In this document: positions 51,181 through 60,351 of the stretch, piece by piece
Layout of the letters: every line of letters starts with the position of its first letter
How positions within the stretch are numbered: position 1 is the stretch's first letter
Assembly: GCA_963837955.1 (NCBI GenBank)
Contig: CAWIPH010000002.1
Location: forward strand, 1,472,001-1,536,000
DNA: 64,000 nucleotides
Source of the DNA: an uncultured Verrucomicrobiae bacterium
GTDB taxonomy: Bacteria > Verrucomicrobiota > Verrucomicrobiia > Chthoniobacterales > JAFAMB01
Reading direction: 5' to 3'
Translations under genes and position numbers: made by a program
Notes under the pieces: model-generated
The model's database searches: none
The model's input: the letters and a program-made list of their open reading frames with translations, nothing else
Told to the model about the DNA's origin: nothing

Positions 51181-51996
51181 ATGAATCCCGAATGCTCAAT
51201 CGGATATTTCGACGCGCACAATCACTGGCAAGACCCAGGGTTCGACCCGGATCGCGAACGTATTATCTCATCGCTTCGGGCCCTCAAACTAAAACGCATG
51301 GTAGTGAACGGCACCACCGAGAGTGATTGGTCTAGAGTCCAGACATTTGCCTCAAACAATCCCACCATCATTCCCAGCTTTGGGATTCATCCCTGGTTTG
51401 CCGCCGGCCGGACGTCCGATTGGATGCGGTCATTGGAACGGTTTCTCGTGTCTACTCGGTCAGCGATAGGAGAGGCTGGCTTAGATCGCTACATACCCAA
51501 TTACGACATCGAGGATCAGAAGGTTGTCTTCGAACATCACTTGCGGTTGGCGGTGGAAATGAACCGTCCCATCACTATCCATTGTCTCTATGCTGTGGAT
51601 GATCTGCTTGAAGTCCTCGAGCGCGTTCCAACCCCCGCTTGCGGATTTTTGGTCCATGCCTATTCCTGCGGCGCCAAGTGGGTTGAACGCTTTGCGCAGT
51701 TGGGGGCGTATTTCTCTTTTTCCGGTTACTTCTTGAATCAGGGAAAAGAGGAGCGACTTGAAACGTTTAAGCTGATACCAAGCGACCGATTACTTGTCGA
51801 AACCGACGCGCCCTCGATGTTGTTGCCACCAGAGAAAGAACGCTTTTCACTCGGGACAGCCGAGCGGCTCAATCATCCTGGAAATCTGGTGGTCGCGTAT
51901 GCGGAACTCGCGACAGTGAGAGGCATCTCTGACGATGAACTTCAGCGACAGGTCGAACAGAATTTTGTCCGACTCTTCGGCTCGTTGATGGGTTAA
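51181..51996 (+). CDS. TatD family hydrolase
   Basis: DAHNH, GIHPW, GEAGLD, ETDAP. Confidence 0.9.
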   Translation: MNPECSIGYFDAHNHWQDPGFDPDRERIISSLRALKLKRMVVNGTTESDWSRVQTFASNNPTIIPSFGIHPWFAAGRTSDWMRSLERFLVSTRSAIGEAGLDRYIPNYDIEDQKVVFEHHLRLAVEMNRPITIHCLYAVDDLLEVLERVPTPACGFLVHAYSCGAKWVERFAQLGAYFSFSGYFLNQGKEERLETFKLIPSDRLLVETDAPSMLLPPEKERFSLGTAERLNHPGNLVVAYAELATVRGISDDELQRQVEQNFVRLFGSLMG

Positions 51997-52020
51997 CGCA
52001 GAATTTGCCCCGGAGGGGAC

Positions 52021-52075
52021 GGGGAGGGATCGCGTCCTCGCGATCCACGGCGCACGAGGACGTGCGCCCTCCCCC
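52021..52075. repeat. GGAG-type REP doublet
   Basis: Near-identical to 39975-40027; lies between convergent genes. Confidence 0.85.
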
Positions 52076-52115
52076 TCCTGGCACGGAGAACCAGACATCG
52101 GCCTTATGTCGTTCT

Positions 52116-52538
52116 TCAATAGATTTCCCAAATCCCAGGCGTAACCAGTTCGAGAAGATGTCCGTCGGGGTCGCGAAAGTACAGGCTCGTGCCGCCCCTG
52201 GGCCAGCTGACGCAGCTCTCTATCGGAACGCGATACTCAGCCAGCCGCGCGCGCCACGCCGGCAGGCTCTCGGAAGGGATGCTAAAGCCAATATGCACTG
52301 GACCAGAACCATCATGCGGTGGGATGGTTCCAGATGGTAAGACCGAGCCATGCGGGTCACTCCCTCGGAGGAACAAAAGCAAAGCCTGCTGGCCCCCAAC
52401 CTTGAAAGCGCAAAAACGGTCGTCTGACGCCATGATGGAATAACCAAAAAGGGTCTGGTAGAAAGTGCGCGCCCTCGGTAAATCCGTCACATAAAGGCAA
52501 GTTTCCAAAATCGCGCTCGGAAGAGGGGGTTCGTTCAT
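52116..52538 (-). CDS. VOC/glyoxalase family protein
   Basis: ETCLYV.DL, HIGF, SLYFRDPDGHLLEL. Confidence 0.9.
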   Translation of the reverse strand: MNEPPLPSAILETCLYVTDLPRARTFYQTLFGYSIMASDDRFCAFKVGGQQALLLFLRGSDPHGSVLPSGTIPPHDGSGPVHIGFSIPSESLPAWRARLAEYRVPIESCVSWPRGGTSLYFRDPDGHLLELVTPGIWEIY

Positions 52539-52669
52539 GATCTCGGGTTCGTTCCTGTACTGTGCTCAGTTTGTTCCTCCTGCGCAAAATGGCGACCTCG
52601 AAGTTGCCAAAACAGCGCCCAATCGAAGAAGGAATGGCGGGAACGGAGCATCGTGCTTAGCATGAGAAA

Positions 52670-53020
52670 ATGAAGGTGGAGCGCGTGAAGTATGTAATCT
52701 GGGCGGCTGATTTGAAGCGCGCAGTGCGGTTTTACCGCGATGTGTTTGGCGCTGAAGTCATGAAGGAATCGGAAGTGATCAGCGAGGTGGTCGTGAGCGG
52801 TGCGACAATCGGCATCCATGGCGGTGGAGAAGGGAAGCGCACCTGGACGGGTCTGAGCTTTCAGGTACCAGACGTGACCGCCGGCGGGAGGGAAGTGGCG
52901 GCCAGTGGCGGTCAGTTGACGCGCGAACCTCAGCCGGAAGGGGATGAACCGCCCCACCTCGCGATGTGCGTCGATCCGGAGGGGAACGAGTTTATGCTGA
53001 CACGGAAGCGGGGGAGTTAA
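52670..53020 (+). CDS. VOC/glyoxalase family protein
   Basis: RAVRFYRDVFG, DPEGNEF. Confidence 0.85.
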   Translation: MKVERVKYVIWAADLKRAVRFYRDVFGAEVMKESEVISEVVVSGATIGIHGGGEGKRTWTGLSFQVPDVTAGGREVAASGGQLTREPQPEGDEPPHLAMCVDPEGNEFMLTRKRGS

Positions 53021-53027
53021 GATCCCG

Positions 53028-53567
53028 ATGCGAACTTCGAGAGTGTTGGTCTTTGTCGATGAGTCCAACGTCGTCGGCTCCGTGCGAGCTCTCGGTCGGA
53101 AACTGGACTGGCTCAAGCTCCGCGATCACCTGGTGAGCACCGATCGGGGCCGGGAATTGATCGAGATGGTCATTTACGCTGGTTTGCCTCCTCCCATGCC
53201 GGAGTGGCAAACCGAACGAGAGAAGAAGAACAAGTTCCTGCATTGGCTTCGTTCAAACGGCTTCCTCGTGGTGGCAAAAGAGGGCTCGCCGGGAGATGGC
53301 AAGCACTACAAAGCAAACGTCGACGTCTTGATGGCGATCGATGCTGTCGAGCTTTCGGTGGAGATGAGGCCCGAAGTCGTCGTGCTCGTGACTGGTGACG
53401 CAGATTTTGCGCATTTGGCTCTGCAGCTGCGGCGGCGCGGGATTCGCGTGGAAGTGGCCGCTACCGCTCAAACGCTGGGCACTGGATTGAAGGGCGCAGC
53501 AAACGAGGTGATCGATCTGGTTCCGCTGTTTGAAACCTTTGAGCTAATGAAGACTGGCGACCAATGA
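53028..53567 (+). CDS. NYN domain (LabA/DUF88, PIN-like) protein
   Basis: VFVDESN, KANVDVLMAID, VTGDADF, G.RVEV. Confidence 0.9.
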   Translation: MRTSRVLVFVDESNVVGSVRALGRKLDWLKLRDHLVSTDRGRELIEMVIYAGLPPPMPEWQTEREKKNKFLHWLRSNGFLVVAKEGSPGDGKHYKANVDVLMAIDAVELSVEMRPEVVVLVTGDADFAHLALQLRRRGIRVEVAATAQTLGTGLKGAANEVIDLVPLFETFELMKTGDQ

Positions 53568-53621
53568 CCGATTCGGAATGCAACAACAGCTAATCGGCTG
53601 CCGGCGAGGCGAAGGAGGAAA

Positions 53622-53835
53622 GGACTCGATGAAAGTAGCCCAGTACGAAGTGCTGGGAAATAATGCAAAAGGGACATCCGTCCCGTGAGGGACGATAGAA
53701 GCGTTTGGTTCTGGTCATCTCGTATGTGGCTTCACCAGCGTAAAGAGCGGTCGATCGTCCCGTCCGGGACGGGTCGTTTTTTTAACCCATCCCAGCACTT
53801 CGTACTGGGCTTCTTTCATTGAGTCCCTCCGGGAC
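53622..53835. repeat. Second (inverted) copy of the palindromic REPIN/MITE-like element
   Basis: Same terminal repeats and reverse-complement core as 43308-43536. Confidence 0.85.
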
Positions 53836-53858
53836 GACTCCCGGCGCTGTCGGCGTTA

Positions 53859-54542
53859 TTATCGGGTATGCAAGGATTGGATGAGATCGGCGACACCTTC
53901 CCAGCCGATCTGGATACCGATACAGAGGAGGATGAAGGAGGTGAGTCGCAGAAAGACGATGGTGCCGGTCTCGCCGAGGGTCCGGGTTAGAGCTCCGGCA
54001 AAACGATAGCTTAAGTAAATCACGACAGCGGCGAGCGCCGCGCCGATCACTAAAGCGATTAAGCCGACCAATACGGGGAGATGAGTGCCATGGAATTCTG
54101 CGCCTAATGTCATGCTCATGGAGATGGTTCCCGGACCGACCGTGAGAGGAAAGGTCAACGGATAAAAGGCAGCGATAGCTCCAGCCGCTGACCCTCCTGC
54201 GGCCGCCTTATCATGCAACGGTCCGGCAAGGGGTCGAGACTCGTCGGAGCGAAGCAGCTGCCAAGCGGTAGCAGTTACCAGCATGCCGCCTCCTACGCGC
54301 AGGACGGGTAGCGAAACACCGAAAAAGGCCAGTAAAGGTGCGCCGATCAATACGGAACCGATAACTAAGAGAAAACCGGAGATGGCGATCTGCTGCGCCA
54401 TTCTACTCCGAGTCGAACTCGAAAGCCCATCGGTCAGGGTAAGAAAGATGGGCGCCATCCCTGGCGCATTGATTATCGGTGTTAGGGTGGCAAAGACAAC
54501 AAACGCTTTTTGGAACAGGAGCGCGATGAGCGAGGCGGTCAT
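53859..54542 (-). CDS. MarC family membrane protein
   Basis: IINAPG, LRVGGG, PLTFPLTVGPG. Confidence 0.9.
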   Translation of the reverse strand: MTASLIALLFQKAFVVFATLTPIINAPGMAPIFLTLTDGLSSSTRSRMAQQIAISGFLLVIGSVLIGAPLLAFFGVSLPVLRVGGGMLVTATAWQLLRSDESRPLAGPLHDKAAAGGSAAGAIAAFYPLTFPLTVGPGTISMSMTLGAEFHGTHLPVLVGLIALVIGAALAAVVIYLSYRFAGALTRTLGETGTIVFLRLTSFILLCIGIQIGWEGVADLIQSLHTR

Positions 54543-54758
54543 GAGGGAGAGGAGAGGTTCTCAGAGGTGACTGGTAGTTGATCAAAGAAGCAAGACGATC
54601 CCTAGTTTGCTGGGAACCAACGGTAAAGCCTTTCTTAGCCCCGTCCGGGGTTCGGCTAAATGTCCAATGTTAGAGATGCGTCCTTAACCCTTCTTATTAA
54701 GTTGTCCAATGCGCCCAGGATTCGCTTTTGTGATCCGAACGGAAAGGAACCCGACGAC

Positions 54759-55657
54759 ATGAGCCGGCCAACAGTGTTGAAGACCGTCCTGACAGATACG
54801 CTGGAGATAGCCTTTGAAGAAAGCGGTCAAACAAACGGAAAGCCCGTCATCCTCTTGCATGGCTTTCCTGACGACCCGAGAAGCTGGGATAGCGTTGTCG
54901 GTCCCCTGACTGCGGTCGGCTTTAGGACGATTGTCCCTAATCTGAGGGGCTTCGGTCCGACCCGATTCCTGCATGCCGATACCGTTCGGTCAGGCCAACA
55001 AGCGGCCCTGGCATCCGATCTCAATGGGTTAGTCGATGGTCTCAAACTCCAGCAGCCGATCCTGGCCGGTTACGATTGGGGTGCCCGGGCAGCGTGTACT
55101 ATGACTGCTCTTTGGCCTGCGAAGGTTGGAGGGTTGGTTTCGATTGGCGGCTACAACATCGAGGACGTCACCCAGGATCGAGAACCGGCGCCGGCCCGGC
55201 GCGAATACGGTGGTTGGTACCAGTGGTATTTCCATACCGAACGAGGTAAAGCCGGCCTGGAACAGAACCGGCGCGAGGTTTGTCGTCTGCTATGGGAACT
55301 CTGGTCTCCCAACTGGAAGTTTACCGATGCGGTCTTTGATGAGACTGCCCGCAGCTTCGATAATCCGGATTTCGTCGAGATAGTAATCCATTCGTATCGA
55401 CATCGCTACGGGGCGGCACCTGGTGATCCCAGCCTCGGGGCAATGGAGCGACAACTTACGGTCAGCCAATGATTAGCTCACCAACCATTGTGCTGCATGG
55501 CGAAGGCGATGGAGTGCATCCGTCCGAATTGTCAGAAGGTCAGGAAAAACTGTTTTCGGCCTATTATGAACGGCGGGTCATTCCTGTCGCCGGCCATCTT
55601 TTTCCGCGTGAAGCGCCCGATGCCGTGATCGCGGCTATTCGGGATTTGGCGGGCTAA
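54759..55657 (+). CDS. Alpha/beta hydrolase (epoxide hydrolase-like); frameshift near 55460
   Basis: LLHGFP, LRGFG, GYDWG; second frame LHGEGDG...AGHLFPREAP carries the catalytic His. Confidence 0.85.
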
Positions 55658-55755
55658 ACACATGCCCGAGCAGTCTGTCGGAGTCCGCTGACCAAAATTG
55701 ACGAGCGAGTCTTCAGCGGCGAAGCCGCGACTCAAGATAGCCTAGGGTGAAGCCC

Positions 55756-57119
55756 CATAAGCGTTAACTTGTTTTGTTGCGCTTAGCGGATGCACTCTGG
55801 TATTCTTTCGGGGCATGCAGAGTGGCAATGCGGTAGATGAGGATTGGGATTTGCTGGTCTCGTTTTTCCCCTCCAACTGGAAGGACATGGCTCAGCAGAG
55901 CGGTGCGCTGAAGGGTCTGCGGCAGGATAAATCGGAGGAGCATCTGCTTCGGGTGCTGCTGTTGCATATAGGATGCGGTTTTTCGATGCGCGAGACCGTG
56001 GTTCGAGCCAAGCAAGCCAAACTAGCCCAACTTTCAGCCGTAGCGCTCTTTAAGCGGCTGCGTAAGAGCAAGGATTGGCTGCAACAGCTTTGCCAGGCTT
56101 TGTTTGAGGAGCGAGGGCTTCAAGCCGGCGCTCCCAGCAAGCAGGGGCTGCGCTTGATCGATTCGACGCTGGTAAAGGAACCCGGCAAGACCGGTAGTCT
56201 GTGGCGCATCCATTACAGCCTGCGGTGGCCGACACTGAAGTGCGACTATTTTAAGATTACCGCGGTAGAGGGAGAGGGAAACGGCGAATCGCTGCGCCAC
56301 TTTCCACTTCGCCCACAGGACTACATTTTGGCTGATCGGGGTTATTGCCAAGCCCCTGGAATACACTTTGCAGCCAGTAAGAAGGCCTACGTCACGGCGC
56401 GCCTTAATCCCGACGGTATTCGGTTGCAAACAGAGACCGGCGCCGCTCTGGAACTAGCACAGCGGCTAGAGTCAATCACCAAAACAGGCCAAATTACTCA
56501 ATGGAAAGTCTGGCTGCCTTTGGAGGCTCATCCTGCCCTAGCCGCCCGGCTTTGTGTGATTCGAAAAAGCCAAGCCGCTGCGGCCAGGGCTCAGAAAAAG
56601 CTCCGGCGCAGAGCCAGTAAACAAGGTGCAGCCTTGCAACCCCAAACGCTGCTCTATGCCAATTTTGTGATGGTTCTAACGACCTTCCCCCCAGAAACAT
56701 TCCCTGCAGAATTGATTCTTGAGTCCTACCGCTTCCGCTGGCAAATCGAACTGGTCTTTAAGCGCTTCAAGCAAATCGCTCAACTGGGCCATCTTCCAAA
56801 GTATGACCAGGAGAGCGCCAAAGCTTGGCTTTATGGCAAATTATTCGTCGCTCTACTAACCGAGAAGCTTATCCAGCATGCCAGCGCGCTTTCCCCCTGG
56901 GGCTACAGCTTCCAAATCCAGGCCAGGTGCTAGTCGATGGCGAGAGTTTTTGTTCGCCTTTCATCAGCTCGCCCACGCCCTCCAGCCAGCCCTTTCGCTG
57001 CGCCATCTCATTGAGAATTGGGCCGACATTGCTGATCAGTTGGCCGAGCCCCCTCGAATGCGAAAAGCACAAGAACAAAAGTTCTACGACACAGTAGTCA
57101 AAACAAGTTAACGCTTATG
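55756..57119 (+). mobile_element. Complete IS4-family (IS186/IS421-like) insertion sequence, 1364 bp
   Basis: Perfect 20-bp TIRs CATAAGCGTTAACTTGTTTT; 11-bp target duplication GGGTGAAGCCC (55745-55755, 57120-57130). Confidence 0.95.
55815..56933 (+). CDS. IS4 family DDE transposase
   Basis: IDST, ADRGY, YRFRWQIELVFKRFK (YREK motif). Confidence 0.95.
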   Translation: MQSGNAVDEDWDLLVSFFPSNWKDMAQQSGALKGLRQDKSEEHLLRVLLLHIGCGFSMRETVVRAKQAKLAQLSAVALFKRLRKSKDWLQQLCQALFEERGLQAGAPSKQGLRLIDSTLVKEPGKTGSLWRIHYSLRWPTLKCDYFKITAVEGEGNGESLRHFPLRPQDYILADRGYCQAPGIHFAASKKAYVTARLNPDGIRLQTETGAALELAQRLESITKTGQITQWKVWLPLEAHPALAARLCVIRKSQAAAARAQKKLRRRASKQGAALQPQTLLYANFVMVLTTFPPETFPAELILESYRFRWQIELVFKRFKQIAQLGHLPKYDQESAKAWLYGKLFVALLTEKLIQHASALSPWGYSFQIQARC

Positions 57120-57331
57120 GGGTGAAGCCCTAGGAACAGAAATAACAGGCGACCAAGCGCTGAAAGCGCGTGACAGCACGCTACGATGTTTGTCCCTCGG
57201 TTTTCCAAATGGGAGCGCCGAGAACGGTAATTGGTGATTGGTGATTCGTGCGCGGTGAATCGCCGCGAACAAAGCGCCGACCTGTCTCGCGGGAGATTTC
57301 GCAAAGTATGAGGCCGCGTCGCAAGATAACC

Positions 57332-57649
57332 CTAATGAGTCAGTGCAAAGTTCACAACGTCGCTTACGTCAATCGGCACCTCGATCCATTGCGACAAGAA
57401 CTGATCAAACTCAAAATTGGCTTGTTCCTTTGCACCAGGTAGGTCCATATGCCAGGTCTCGCCACAGAATTCTCCACCTGCCCTGAAACGATGTAGATAC
57501 ACTCCTTCGACTTTCTCTTCGATCAGAAGAACTTCAGCAGACGGCATCTGTATGCGCTTTCCCGTTGGATCGATTTTAGGAGGAAAGCCATAGTAATGGC
57601 GCACCTTAGGAACAGTAGGAGTTTTTAAAACCTTAGCCACCAAGCGCAT
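57332..57649 (-). CDS. Hypothetical protein
   Basis: 105-aa ATG ORF; YL.RF...GEFCGETWH.....AKEQA.FEF. Confidence 0.6.
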   Translation of the reverse strand: MRLVAKVLKTPTVPKVRHYYGFPPKIDPTGKRIQMPSAEVLLIEEKVEGVYLHRFRAGGEFCGETWHMDLPGAKEQANFEFDQFLSQWIEVPIDVSDVVNFALTH

Positions 57650-57910
57650 ATGACCACCCGGGATCAGTAACGATCACGTGAGAACTGCTGTGTTCGTCAG
57701 AGACTAGCGCCATCTGTCTTACCGAATCAACTCCCGCGTTCGCTCCACTGAGCGTGTGCCTCGCCCAACGTTGGTAGGGCGAAAATTCATTTGAGCCGGT
57801 TCACGGCTACCATCCAATTCTGCGCCGAACTGTCCAAAAGAGCGTATTCCGAAATGCCTTACGCCACGGACCTGAGTGTGGACGATCAGGCTACCTCATT
57901 CTCGCCCTAG

Positions 57911-58079
57911 GCTCGAATGAATGACCAATGCCAAATGACAGATGACAAAGTTAGCGCTGTGTCGTAAACCGTCGCTGGGCAATATCGTCCTAGTGCTCGT
58001 CGTCGTGCTCGTCCTCGGATGCAACGCTAGCTCCGCCCAGCGTTGGTAGGGCGAAAATTTATTTGAGCCGGGAACCCTG
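57911..58079 (+). repeat. Composite intergenic repeat (heptamers + GTC runs + short REP)
   Basis: Homologous blocks at 62618-62733 and 63613-63756; partial at 57763-57799. Confidence 0.85.
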
Positions 58080-58236
58080 AGCGGCTTACGCACAAAGCTT
58101 GTTTAAGGGTGTGCGATTTGAAACACTGTGTTGCCGATCACCAGAGCGCGACCCGGTTCAGACTCAAGACGTGGCTACGAGCACTACAAAATTATGCCTG
58201 ACACTGTTAGGAGAGTGAAAACTGAAAGCAAGGTGA

Positions 58237-58671
58237 ATGAAAGCGAACGCTAAACCCCTAAGAACTAGCAGAGTAATAGATGACCTAACGAAGCATTTAG
58301 CAGCGATTGCGACCGTTGCTATTTTATTAACCGTCCTAAATGTAAGCGCGGCCGCGCCGCCGTCGGACCTAAAACCCGCTGATCTTCGTGCAGGATCCGC
58401 ACTCCACGTAAAGAGTAACTCGATCTGGTTCACCACTTCGGTAGAGCTCTCCGTATGGCAAGGGTTTGGACAGAAATTTGCTCCGAAAGATGTGGAGACC
58501 TACCAAAACCTAATTCTTGAAAAAAGAATGGCGTGGCAATTCACTAACGAGATGCCCGTCGCAGTCGTGAGCTACGACCCGACGGAACACCAAGTGGAAG
58601 TCAAAATGCTTAGCAAAGGCAGATTTTATAATACCACTTGGTGGATCGATGATAAAGACTGTACGAAATAA
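58237..58671 (+). CDS. Hypothetical exported protein
   Basis: Hydrophobic signal ending VSAAA; SH3-like C-terminal pattern. Confidence 0.6.
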   Translation: MKANAKPLRTSRVIDDLTKHLAAIATVAILLTVLNVSAAAPPSDLKPADLRAGSALHVKSNSIWFTTSVELSVWQGFGQKFAPKDVETYQNLILEKRMAWQFTNEMPVAVVSYDPTEHQVEVKMLSKGRFYNTTWWIDDKDCTK

Positions 58672-58885
58672 TCGTAAGTGTCCCAAATAGGGGACATCCG
58701 AACTCACAGTACAGATCTAGCACGCCTTGAAGATTCAGGCGTGACCCTTTATGGGGCCCTTTCTCCTATCTACAAACACCGCACTCCATAGTCACCGGTT
58801 TGCTGCGTTAGTTATTCGCTACGTGCGAAATACGCCATCCTTTGATCTTGACGTTGGGCCAGCTTTTGCTGGTAGGGTCGAGGGA

Positions 58886-60139
58886 ATGAAAAGGGTTGCC
58901 TTCATGGAGAACATCGGATGTCTCCGACGGGTGGGAGAATCCGAGCTTTTCGGGAGAACATCGCGGAGACTGTCTAGTTGGTTGGGTATAAGCGTCTCGC
59001 TTATAGCAATTTGCTTTGCATTTGATGACAAGGCCATTTGCCAGCTGACCATTCTGCATAGTTTTGGCGACGGTACGACTCCGAACGACGGATCGCGCCC
59101 GGACGCGGGTCTGATTCAAGGATCGGACGGTAATTTTTACGGCGCGACTATCGGTCAAGCAAAAGACCCAGACGCTTCCGCGAACGGCGGCAACATCTTC
59201 CAGTTAACATCAGGGGGAGTGGTAACCACACTGTATGCTTCTGCACCTGGACACCATGTATTGTCGAATAAACCGTTGCTCTTCTACAATGGAGATCTCT
59301 TCGGTGTCACTTCCGGAGACTTGGAAGGGACGATTTATCGGCTGAGGTTTAGCACACGGCCGGTGCACAAGGCTATATTGCATAATTTCGGGGATGGAGC
59401 GGTGGCCAATGACGGATTGTATCCGCAAGCGAGTATGATCCTAGGATCGGACGGCTATCTTTATGGAACCACCGTTTTTGGGGGTACCGCGAACGAAGGA
59501 ACGATTTATAAGCTAAGTCCGACGACCAATCAGTTCACCATCATCTACAACTTCACGGGGACGGGCCAGGATATCTATCCCCGTGCAGCATTGATTCAGG
59601 CCAGTGATGGCAACTTCTATGGAACTACTTCGGGGAACGCGAGCGGCGGCGCAATGTTTTTGATGACTCCCGCCGGGCAGGTGTTCCCGGTCTACCGCTT
59701 TACCGATGGATCAGCGGTAGTTGCGCCTTTGATCCAAGCCAAGGACGGCAATTTTTATGGAATCACTCCGAACGGTGGCGCTGCAGCCTCGGGTGACGTC
59801 TTTAAGATGACACCGAACTTCGTAGTAACAATTTTGCATTCGTTCGGCCAAGGAACGGACGGGGCAACTCCAGGTGCTACTACCGTAGTTCAAGGACCAA
59901 ATGGCAACCTTTATGGGACTACCCAATTTGGTGGAACGGCGGGAAATGGTGTGGTCTTTGAACTTACCACAGACGGACTATCTTATACCGTCTTGCACAA
60001 CTTCGGTGACGGAAGCATCGTCAATGACGGATCGGTCCCAACATCGACCTTGATTCTGGGATCTGATAACAATCTTTACGGGACGACTGACCAAGGCGGA
60101 TCCAAAAAGCTAGGGACGATCTTTAGGATCAGCCCTTAG
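58886..60139 (+). CDS. GloVer (TIGR03803-type) tandem-repeat secreted protein; start uncertain
   Basis: About seven repeats of LH.FG..DG..P...LIQGSDGNFYGTT..GG....GTIF. Confidence 0.85.
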   Translation: MKRVAFMENIGCLRRVGESELFGRTSRRLSSWLGISVSLIAICFAFDDKAICQLTILHSFGDGTTPNDGSRPDAGLIQGSDGNFYGATIGQAKDPDASANGGNIFQLTSGGVVTTLYASAPGHHVLSNKPLLFYNGDLFGVTSGDLEGTIYRLRFSTRPVHKAILHNFGDGAVANDGLYPQASMILGSDGYLYGTTVFGGTANEGTIYKLSPTTNQFTIIYNFTGTGQDIYPRAALIQASDGNFYGTTSGNASGGAMFLMTPAGQVFPVYRFTDGSAVVAPLIQAKDGNFYGITPNGGAAASGDVFKMTPNFVVTILHSFGQGTDGATPGATTVVQGPNGNLYGTTQFGGTAGNGVVFELTTDGLSYTVLHNFGDGSIVNDGSVPTSTLILGSDNNLYGTTDQGGSKKLGTIFRISP

Positions 60140-60351
60140 TCGGGAGTTGCTCTTGAACAAATGCGGTTTTGCTGTCGTGCGACTGCGGGGGTGTCAGTAG
60201 CCCGATTGCGAAAACTACCCAAATATCTCTCGCAAATTAACCCAGAACTTGCTCTTCAATCCTTGCGGCTCATCGATGACTTTACAGCTCTCCTAATGCT
60301 GAGAGCCTGGACTTGCGCGCCGCCCGAACCGATCATCTTTCAGCTACGGTC

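Noticed and set aside
52670..53567. VOC + NYN pair as a toxin-antitoxin or defence module
   Set aside because: LabA/DUF88 proteins are commonly stand-alone and no antitoxin-like partner is present.
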